Assembly: GCF_004745825.1 (NCBI RefSeq)
Contig: NZ_SRLA01000005.1
Coordinates: 97,106-129,105 of the forward strand
Length of the DNA: 32,000 bases
Source: Hymenobacter fodinae
GTDB lineage: Bacteria > Bacteroidota > Bacteroidia > Cytophagales > Hymenobacteraceae
Direction: 5' to 3'
In this document: positions 25,168 through 31,637 of the stretch, in pieces
How positions within the stretch are numbered: position 1 is the stretch's first letter
Layout: each line of letters begins with the position of its first letter
Translations under genes and position numbers: made by a program
The notes under the pieces: generated by a model
The model's database searches: none
What the model was told of the DNA's origin: nothing
The model's input: only the letters and a program-made list of their open reading frames with translations

Positions 25168-25422
25168 GAGTAAGAGGGAGGGGAGATCGCGTTTTATTCA
25201 AAGGCCACGTAGGCGGTCTGATTGGCAGCGACGGAGGGGCAAGCCAGATGGATGCCCAGCGAATATAGGTAATGCCTTTGCTGTTGGGGCGTTCCTTCTA
25301 AGGGGGGAATTCGCTGTGCGCTATGCAGTTACGAGCTATTTTCAAAGGGGCTGGATTAGCTACTAAACTATTTAGTAAGTTTGCGATTGTGGCTATGTAG
25401 CCCCAAGGATGGCATATATAAA

Positions 25423-27510
25423 ATGCCATTGTTTTACAAAAAGCAGCTTGCAAAACGCGACATGAGCGAGGATTTAGTTCAATCGGCGACACATCAAATT
25501 GGTCACTACGGATATATCCGGCTCGGCTCAACTCGATTAAGTCAATTAAAGCGCAGTAAATATATTCAAGGCAAACTTGATATTGCTGACGAAGCCCGCA
25601 AACCCGATGGTATTGTTTTTCTTCCCAGCGGTGGGATAAAGGCTGTAATTGAGGTTAAGCAGCCAAAGGAATTAGTGGCAAAAGAACTGCCATCTGTTAT
25701 TGATCATTACAGCCAAATTGCCAAAGCTGTTTGCAATGTGTTGATTATTACGGATGGAAAAAATTCATACTGGATCAATCCACACACAAAAGAATATATA
25801 AAGGATGAGACAGGTCACGATATAAGCTTACTATTTGATCCTAAAGCGATCGAAGGTAAAACGCTTTCGCTAGAGAAGGCGAACAAGATTTCCTCGTTAA
25901 TTGAGCAGGCCGCGTTCTGTATTAACGAAACAAATAATCATATCACCCCGCTCAATGTTATCGATCCGAGCGGATTAGCACGAACTGTTTGGCAAAAAAT
26001 TTGGATTAATACCGGTAAAGAGCCTGAAAAATGTTTGTATAATGTCGTTGAGATATTTCTCTTTAAATTTCTCAGCGATACAGGCGTTTTGATTGGAAAT
26101 TATGGTTTTCAGCGTGTTCTTGATCTGATCATCAAGGATGGTCCGGTCGATGCGCTAAACCACTATGCCAATATTTCAAGGAAGAAGATTAAGGCTCTTT
26201 TCCCTCCAGGCACGGACAATACCACCGTTATCAACGGCACTATCTTCGTCAACGAGCAGGGCGACCCCAACACCTCGCAGGCAAGTCTTTTTGCCGAGGT
26301 CATTCAGCTGTTCCAGAACTTCGATGACAAGCATGGCTCCATGCGCCATATCAACCGGGAGTTTAAGACCCGTCTGTATGAGTCGTTCTTGCGTCAGGAG
26401 GCAGGCGTAAAATCGCTAGGCCAATATTTTACCCCGCGAAATGTTGTGCAGGCAGTCGTTAAAATGTCCAGCGCATCGTCACTCAAGGACGGCGCCAGGA
26501 TCTGCGATCCATTTTGCGGTGTGGGCGGCTTTGTTTTGGAAACAATAGTCGAAAACAAGAATATTTTCAATCAATATACGCCGAGTAACGGCAAAATTGA
26601 GCCTAAAATTATTCTAAAGGGGTACGACAAAGGTTCTGACGAAAAAGAAGATGAGCGTACAATTATATTGGCCAAGGCCAATATGCTCATTTATTTCTCT
26701 GACCTGCTGGCGCAATACAACAGCGAGGCTCACCTCAAGGAGTTTTCTGAAAAAGCATTTAATGCTGTTTTTGAATTGCTGAGGTCTAATCTGGGAACAT
26801 TCGGCCGTCACGACGATGAGCCATATGATCTGATATTGACTAATCCTCCCTATGTAACGAGCGGATCAGCAAGTCTTAAAAATTCAATCGAGTTTGGTGG
26901 TGCAAATAAATTCCTGCCATTAGGTCGTGGTACGGAAGCCTTGGCTATTCAATGGATCGTTAATAACCTGAAAGTAGATGGTGAAGCATTGGTTATTATT
27001 CCTGATGGTTTGCTTAACCAAGCATCTATTCTCAACTACCTGACAGAAAACTGTTTCATTAGAGGGGTCGTCGCTTTGCCAAGCCGTACTTTCTATTCAA
27101 CACCCAAGAAAACATATATTCTTGTTATAAATAAAAAGGAGTCGAAATCCGACATTCAAGAGGAACCTGTATTTACATACTTGGTTTCCGAGATTGGCGA
27201 ATCACGAGATGCTAGACGGGTGCCAATTAAAGACAATGATTTGACGGAAATGGAAATGCTATTCCGACAGTTCAATGCGACACGGAAGACCTTTGTTTCA
27301 TCATCTCCACGTTGCAAAGTTTTCGATTTTGATGTTTTCAAAAACAGCAAAAATTGGCTGATCGACCGTCTCTGGACGAAAGACGAAAAAAAGGCGCTCG
27401 GTATTGTTGATGAGCGGGTCGAGGTTGATGAGGCTGGCTTCCTTGCATTGGCTAAAGAAGCAAATGACGAGATCCAAAAGTTTTTGACGACTTACAATGG
27501 CAACTCTTAA
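25423..27510 (+). CDS. fused restriction endonuclease (PD-ExK) and N6-adenine DNA methyltransferase; BcgI-A-like Type IIB R-M subunit
   Basis: 695 aa from ATG 25423; a TTG at 25381 is also in frame. N-terminus: KPDGIVFL...AVIEVKQ (PD...ExK). Middle: HsdM_N-like EKCLYNVVEIFLFKFLSD. MTase motifs: GQYFTPR (X), DPFCGVGGF (I) and LILTNPPY (IV). GC is low, roughly 40% by eye. Confidence 0.8.
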   Translation: MPLFYKKQLAKRDMSEDLVQSATHQIGHYGYIRLGSTRLSQLKRSKYIQGKLDIADEARKPDGIVFLPSGGIKAVIEVKQPKELVAKELPSVIDHYSQIAKAVCNVLIITDGKNSYWINPHTKEYIKDETGHDISLLFDPKAIEGKTLSLEKANKISSLIEQAAFCINETNNHITPLNVIDPSGLARTVWQKIWINTGKEPEKCLYNVVEIFLFKFLSDTGVLIGNYGFQRVLDLIIKDGPVDALNHYANISRKKIKALFPPGTDNTTVINGTIFVNEQGDPNTSQASLFAEVIQLFQNFDDKHGSMRHINREFKTRLYESFLRQEAGVKSLGQYFTPRNVVQAVVKMSSASSLKDGARICDPFCGVGGFVLETIVENKNIFNQYTPSNGKIEPKIILKGYDKGSDEKEDERTIILAKANMLIYFSDLLAQYNSEAHLKEFSEKAFNAVFELLRSNLGTFGRHDDEPYDLILTNPPYVTSGSASLKNSIEFGGANKFLPLGRGTEALAIQWIVNNLKVDGEALVIIPDGLLNQASILNYLTENCFIRGVVALPSRTFYSTPKKTYILVINKKESKSDIQEEPVFTYLVSEIGESRDARRVPIKDNDLTEMEMLFRQFNATRKTFVSSSPRCKVFDFDVFKNSKNWLIDRLWTKDEKKALGIVDERVEVDEAGFLALAKEANDEIQKFLTTYNGNS

Positions 27511-28585
27511 AAATTTCGCGGTAGAGGAGCTTTTCACCCCAACACGCGGAAAAAGCAAATACACCCGTGGCTATGCAGATAAGCATCCGGGTGAGTACCC
27601 CGTGTATTCTGCAGCCTTAGAGGCGCCACTTTGCTACATCGACCATTACGATTACGATGGGACCTATTTGACATGGACTGCCAATGGCTATGGTGGCCGT
27701 ATTCAGATCAAATCAGGGAAGTTTTCAATCAACGGTGACCGCGGCATTCTTATTCCGGTTAATGAGGATCATCCCAACCTGGATTACATCAAATATTTCC
27801 TGCAACCTGTTCTGATCGGGCAAGCTGTCGGTAGGGTCGTTGACGGTAAAAAGAACGAGTACACTAAGGTCGGCCCAGAGGTTGTGGCCAACTCGATCAT
27901 CACTCTGCCGGTTAATGAAGAGGACAACATAGACCACGACGCCATCCACGAGAAAGGCGAAAAGATCAAGCAGATACTCGCTCTTCAAGACTCGATGAAG
28001 AAGCAAGTCGAGCAACTTGACGACGCAGAAATTGTGATTGAGGTCAATGAGCCTAGCAAAACAATCAACCTTGGAGACACGCAGTATTTCACGCTTTCTA
28101 TCGGCGACCGGGTGCTGATAAAGGATGGATTGGGCGAGGGTGTACCGGCTTATAGCGCCAATGTAAAGGTGCCAATAAGCTACATTGCTGAATCCAACCT
28201 CTCTGATTTTGATAGACCATCAATCCTTTGGGGAATTGATAACACACTCTTTTTTTATAATATAATTCCTGAAAATGTCGTTTTCGCAACGACAGATCAC
28301 TGTGGAAGAGCTTTAATCAATGTTCCCGACTTAGATGCAGAGTACGTTTACTACTACCTGCAAGCTACCAGGCTGGAGTATGGTTTTGATCGCGTGTTTC
28401 GATCAAGCTTGGAAAACATGCGGAGTATCGTAGAAATAAAGGTGCCGCTTGATGAAAAAGGTAATTTTTCATTGAAGCGACAGAAAGAAATTGCTGAACG
28501 TTACAAAAGGGCAAATGCTCTTAAGGAAAGCATCATAGAAAAGCTTGATGTCTTGCAGAGCGTTGCCGTAGACATAAATCAGTAG
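27497..28585 (+). CDS. HsdS-like specificity subunit (BcgI-B-like), two target-recognition domains
   Basis: 362 aa. The start overlaps the upstream gene by 14 nt. There are two TRD-sized halves, each followed by a helical conserved spacer (KIKQILALQDSMKKQVEQL and KRQKEIAERYKRANALKESIIEKLDVL). Confidence 0.8.
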   Translation: MATLKNFAVEELFTPTRGKSKYTRGYADKHPGEYPVYSAALEAPLCYIDHYDYDGTYLTWTANGYGGRIQIKSGKFSINGDRGILIPVNEDHPNLDYIKYFLQPVLIGQAVGRVVDGKKNEYTKVGPEVVANSIITLPVNEEDNIDHDAIHEKGEKIKQILALQDSMKKQVEQLDDAEIVIEVNEPSKTINLGDTQYFTLSIGDRVLIKDGLGEGVPAYSANVKVPISYIAESNLSDFDRPSILWGIDNTLFFYNIIPENVVFATTDHCGRALINVPDLDAEYVYYYLQATRLEYGFDRVFRSSLENMRSIVEIKVPLDEKGNFSLKRQKEIAERYKRANALKESIIEKLDVLQSVAVDINQ

Positions 28586-28601
28586 CCCCACTTGATCTGA
28601 A

Positions 28602-28634
28602 ACAGCCCCAGGACCTGGTCAAGGGGCTGTTTTT
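28602..28634 (+). terminator. rho-independent terminator ending the island operon
   Basis: ACAGCCCC (28602-28609) pairs with GGGGCTGT (28623-28630), followed by TTTTT. It overlaps the last codons of the convergent minus-strand gene. Confidence 0.65.
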
Positions 28635-29164
28635 ATTTGCTGCTGCTCGTACCTGTCCATATAATCCTGCTCGGCCAGAGTAAGCGCAAAAGGGCCCTCC
28701 CTTGATCGTTCAACCAGCCGCTGATACACTCGCCCACACATCGGCTTAACCGAAGGATCCAGTATCTCGACGATGTCGGCCGGCGTCGGTATCTCCTTGC
28801 CGGTTTTCAGGTACTGACGGAAGGCGTTGCGCACCTGGTCGATGTTGTACTCGCCTAGCATCCATTGAAAACCGGCATCACGCACAGCCGTGACGTCGGC
28901 TGCTTCACCGTATTTCCTCAGCATCGTGTAGGTCTGAGTGAGCAAGTCCGATAACTGGTCTTGGCTGGTCAAGCAATTCTTGATCGGGGTTCCTGCCGCC
29001 GTTTGCTTTCCAGCGGGCTGCACGATCGAGCTTGATTTTTTCGGTGATTTCTCGGGCAATATCGGTCTGTGACTTGCGGCCACCATAGCCGTTTCCGTTC
29101 GGTTCTCCGGCAGAGCCGCCAGGTCGGCCAGCACCTTGTTGATAGTGGTTTTGACGGTTTCCAT
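28619..29164 (-). CDS. replication-module protein (helicase-loader position; function unknown)
   Basis: 181 aa from ATG 29164, with a strong SD AAAGGAGG 5 nt upstream. Third-codon-position GC is high in this frame. The C-terminal part is globular (AGFQWMLGEYNIDQVRNAFRQYLKTGKEIPTPADIVEILDP). Confidence 0.55.
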   Translation of the reverse strand: METVKTTINKVLADLAALPENRTETAMVAASHRPILPEKSPKKSSSIVQPAGKQTAAGTPIKNCLTSQDQLSDLLTQTYTMLRKYGEAADVTAVRDAGFQWMLGEYNIDQVRNAFRQYLKTGKEIPTPADIVEILDPSVKPMCGRVYQRLVERSREGPFALTLAEQDYMDRYEQQQIKTAP

Positions 29165-29798
29165 TGTAGCCTCCTTTGATTTCAAATACACCCGTCCAGC
29201 CGCGCTCGATGGATTGCTGCAGCACGGCTGCCGGCTGATGGCCTTGCTGCCGTAGGGTGTCCAGCTTGATGATGATGAGTTGCTTGGCGCGGGCGGTAAA
29301 CTTGGCGCCGCGCATCCGGCAGAAGTCCCGCCAGTCGTCGGCCGGCAGCCACGCGGGTATATCTATAAGGTTCTTAACCTTCTTATCCTTATTACCTTCT
29401 TTATTAGTGCCCTGTCTGCTGCCTGTCTGCTGCTCGTCTGATGTATTATCAGGTGTCTCGTCTGCTGTCTCGCCAGTCTGATATTCTTCGTATTTACAGA
29501 TAGTTATAGTGCTGTTTCTGTTGCTCGTTTCCACGATGATATTTCCATCTTCCTGCAACTCATTTATAAACCGCTCGGTCTTGCCTCTCGACCACTTCCA
29601 GCGCTGAGCGAGCCGGACTTGGGACCAGCCACACTGACCACGCTTCACTGTGATCCGCTGTCCGGCCACCCGGATAAAACCGTCTTTGAAGTTTGCGAGG
29701 AGAATAAGATCGACCCATGCCTGCCCACGGGTAAACGGCTCCGAAAGCCATAAATCGCTTTCAGCCATCTTTCGGTGTAGCTTCAACCAACCTGACAT
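28905..29798 (-). CDS. replication initiator / replisome organiser (lambda O-like architecture)
   Basis: 297 aa. The N-terminal winged-helix-like pattern WLKLHRKMAESDLWLSEPFTRGQAWVDLILLAN...VKRGQCGWSQVRLAQRWKWSRGKTERFINELQEDGNI is common in phage replication organisers. An acidic/Thr-rich linker is encoded by the iterons, and the C-terminal domain ends GWTGVF. The last 90 or so codons overlap the next gene out of frame. Confidence 0.6.
   Translation of the reverse strand: MSGWLKLHRKMAESDLWLSEPFTRGQAWVDLILLANFKDGFIRVAGQRITVKRGQCGWSQVRLAQRWKWSRGKTERFINELQEDGNIIVETSNRNSTITICKYEEYQTGETADETPDNTSDEQQTGSRQGTNKEGNKDKKVKNLIDIPAWLPADDWRDFCRMRGAKFTARAKQLIIIKLDTLRQQGHQPAAVLQQSIERGWTGVFEIKGGYNGNRQNHYQQGAGRPGGSAGEPNGNGYGGRKSQTDIAREITEKIKLDRAARWKANGGRNPDQELLDQPRPVIGLAHSDLHDAEEIR
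29411..29482. repeat. iteron cluster (candidate phage replication origin) inside the replication gene
   Basis: Five copies of an 11-mer with core GTCTG(C/A)T: CCTGTCTGCTG at 29411 and 29422 (perfect tandem), CTCGTCTGATG at 29433, CTCGTCTGCTG at 29457 and GCCAGTCTGAT at 29472. AT-rich tracts flank the cluster (29355-29410 and 29481-29560). Confidence 0.55.
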
Positions 29799-29918
29799 TT
29801 GTACTCGCGCTTTCGCTTCGCACTAGAGAGAAATACGCGTCCAGCCGTGCGAACAACTGATAAAGGGTCTCTTAGGCCCACCGCTCGTTGTCAGCAATGC
29901 ACAGCTGGGCGATGGCTG

Positions 29919-30269
29919 TCAAGAATTATTTTCGGGGTATAGCGTGATCTCGACCCGCGGATTGTGCTTGTCCGCATTCTCGAACACCATCATGGGCCGG
30001 AAGCGGCGGTCATTTACACCCCAGGCATCGGCTATTCCGTCGAACAGTGCCTTGCAGGCGCTCACCTGAGCATCGAAATCCCAGCGGTTGTTCGGCGGGT
30101 AGAATGTGACGCACAGAGCAATGCAACCGGCGGGAAAGCTCACCGGCTGCGCCGCAGCGATCTGGCGGCAGGCCAGCTTCAAAGCGTTTTTATGTGGGTT
30201 TTTCTTAGCCCAATGGCTGCGGTCATTGGGGCGCAGGATGCTCGGCGGGAAGGGGAGGACCAGCTTAAT
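29919..30269 (-). CDS. rusA: RusA-like Holliday junction resolvase; start codon unresolved
   Basis: The open frame reads ...LIKLVLPFPPSILRPNDRSHWAKKN...FYPPNNRWDFDAQVSACKALFDGIADAWGVNDRRF..., which aligns with E. coli RusA (ITLPWPPSNNRYY...RRRDLDNLQKAAFDAL...DD). The first canonical start (TTG at 30182) removes the conserved LPxPPS strand. ATT at 30269 or 30281, or CTG at 30272, are possible starts. Confidence 0.65.
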   Translation of the reverse strand: MKLVLPFPPSILRPNDRSHWAKKNPHKNALKLACRQIAAAQPVSFPAGCIALCVTFYPPNNRWDFDAQVSACKALFDGIADAWGVNDRRFRPMMVFENADKHNPRVEITLYPENNS

Positions 30270-30447
30270 CAGGGTAGAAATCCAGCACCGTCACAGCGTC
30301 GGCGGTGACTTCCTTGATTTTCCTGATCTGCTTCGGATGCGGTACGCAGTCGCCCGACAGCCAGCGGTATGCCGTTGACGGGTGGACGCCGCAATCCTTG
30401 GCGAACGCTTCAATGCTTTTATCCGAGAGCCAGTCTTTCAATTTCAT
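30265..30447 (-). CDS. Cro/YdaS-like helix-turn-helix regulator
   Basis: 60 aa. SIEAFAKDCGVHPSTAYRWLSG is a typical HTH. It is the first gene of the minus-strand early operon, next to the divergent promoter region. Confidence 0.65.
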   Translation of the reverse strand: MKLKDWLSDKSIEAFAKDCGVHPSTAYRWLSGDCVPHPKQIRKIKEVTADAVTVLDFYPD

Positions 30448-30490
30448 GCCTTAATGGTTGGCACAACCAGGCACGGATTGCAAGCAAATA

Positions 30491-30545
30491 ATTATCGTTT
30501 CGTGCGAAAATAGTTGTTGACCCGCGTCGCATTTCGTGCGAATGT
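30491..30545. promoter_or_regulatory. divergent early promoter region with two copies of the operator-like near-palindrome TTCGTGCGAA
   Basis: TTTCGTGCGAA occurs at 30498-30508 and 30532-30542, with TTCG/CGAA as half-sites. Minus-strand promoter: TCAACA, 18 nt, GATAAT (30496-30491). Plus-strand -35 is TTGACC (30517-30522) with a poor -10. The two -35 hexamers overlap back to back. Confidence 0.4.
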
Positions 30546-30574
30546 CAATCATCAACAGCGAACAGGAGCGCGTG

Positions 30575-30739
30575 ATGTCGGGACGATTAGAAGCCATTTA
30601 CGACTGCATCAAAGCAATCGAGGGCAAGGAAGATTGTCAGACAGCTACGGGCTTTTTGAGAACGCTGGCGATGAAAGAGGAAGCAATCATTGCTCGTCAA
30701 GAGCAGGAATTTATCACACAGGTATATGGAGACCGTTGA
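30575..30739 (+). CDS. small hypothetical protein (54 aa)
   Basis: ATG at 30575 with GGAG 7 nt upstream. The stop overlaps the Erf ATG as TGATG. The longer ORF-track versions (30514 and 30536 starts) lack an RBS. Confidence 0.45.
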   Translation: MSGRLEAIYDCIKAIEGKEDCQTATGFLRTLAMKEEAIIARQEQEFITQVYGDR

Positions 30740-31380
30740 TGTCAGGAGAAAATCACGTTTACAAGGCTATTGCCGATGTTACAGCGGAAATGTCCAAGGA
30801 GGGCATTGCCAAAGGGCGTAAAAATCAGCAGCAGGGCTATTCATTCCGAGGCATTGACGAGGTGTTGAATGCCTTGTCTCCGGTATTGTCTAAGCACAAG
30901 TTGGTTATCCTGCCTCGGATGACCGAGCGCGAGTGTGTTGAGCGGCAAAGCAAAAATGGAGGGGTGATTTTTTACGTCACCGTGAAGGCAGAATTCGACT
31001 TTGTCAGCGCCGTCGATGGATCGAAGCATACAGTATCGACCTATGGCGAAGCAATGGACAGCGCTGACAAGGCCACCAACAAAGCTATGAGCGCCGCCTA
31101 TAAATACGCTGCCTTTCAGACATTTTGCATCCCGACTGAGGGCGACAATGATGCCGACGCGACAACACATGATGTCGCTCCGAAGGTGCCGCCCGAGAAG
31201 CTGACAGCTGAGCGCAAGGAGTTCATCGTCAAGATGCTCCTTGAAGCTGATACGCCCGAAAAATTGAAGGCTATCAAGGACCAGGCAAAAGCCGAGTGTC
31301 AAAGGTTTGGTGACGAAGCAGCCTACAAAGAGATCATCAACGCCGTCAAAGCGGCAAAAACCAAGAAAGAGAGCAAATAA
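30739..31380 (+). CDS. erf: ERF-family single-strand annealing recombinase
   Basis: 213 aa from ATG 30739. QQGYSFRGIDEVLNALSPVLSKHKL...YGEAMDSADKATNKAMSAAYKYAAFQTFCIP matches the ERF superfamily pattern. The 288-aa ORF-track version has an implausible N-terminal extension. Confidence 0.75.
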   Translation: MSGENHVYKAIADVTAEMSKEGIAKGRKNQQQGYSFRGIDEVLNALSPVLSKHKLVILPRMTERECVERQSKNGGVIFYVTVKAEFDFVSAVDGSKHTVSTYGEAMDSADKATNKAMSAAYKYAAFQTFCIPTEGDNDADATTHDVAPKVPPEKLTAERKEFIVKMLLEADTPEKLKAIKDQAKAECQRFGDEAAYKEIINAVKAAKTKKESK

Positions 31381-31634
31381 TGTCCACCGCAACCAATATC
31401 GGCGGCGTAGCCGGTGAGCGCTTGCGCCAGTACATCGAGCGCATCGAGCGTCTTGAAGAGGAAAAGTCTGGCATCGCCGAGGACATCCGCGACGTGTATG
31501 CTGAGTGCAATAGCGCTGGGCTTGATACCAAGGCAATACGCCAGGTGATCAAGTTGCGCAAGATGGATCGCCAGAAGCGGCAGGAGCAGGAAGAAATTCT
31601 TGAGTTATATAAATCAGCTATCGGAATGGAGTAA
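31380..31634 (+). CDS. DUF2312 / GapR-like DNA-binding protein
   Basis: 84 aa. LRQYIERIERLEEEKSGIAEDIRDVYAECNSAGLDTKAIRQVIKLRKMDRQKRQEQEEILELY closely follows the UPF0335/DUF2312 (GapR) consensus as I remember it. Confidence 0.75.
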   Translation: MSTATNIGGVAGERLRQYIERIERLEEEKSGIAEDIRDVYAECNSAGLDTKAIRQVIKLRKMDRQKRQEQEEILELYKSAIGME

Positions 31635-31637
31635 CCG

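Larger units (their letters stand above)
23640..28640 (+). other. low-GC accessory (defence-type) island inserted between the replication and packaging modules
   Basis: Four plus-strand genes sit inside an otherwise minus-strand block. Hand counts of sampled 60-nt lines give about 60% GC for the backbone, about 43-60% for the first gene pair and about 28-45% for the R-M pair. The island is bounded on the left by the packaging-operon promoter region and on the right by a terminator. Confidence 0.7.

Noticed and set aside
25136-25366. 76-aa Arg-rich plus-strand ORF in the spacer between the PIN and R-M genes. A minus-strand 77-aa ORF lies at 25298-25531.
   Set aside because: The first has an extreme Arg/Gly composition and overlaps the PIN 3' end. 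The second overlaps the R-M start antisense. Neither has an RBS. The GC-rich patch is noted as a possible remnant only.
25381-25422. TTG start at 25381 for the R-M fusion gene
   Set aside because: It has no SD and adds 14 poorly coding residues. ATG 25423 is preferred but not proven.
30514-30738. N-terminal 75 codons of the 288-aa ORF (Erf) and the 30536 start of the 67-aa ORF
   Set aside because: The extensions run through the promoter/operator region, lack an RBS, and have an Arg/His/Ser-rich composition. SD-preceded ATGs at 30575 and 30739 give sensible, coupled genes.
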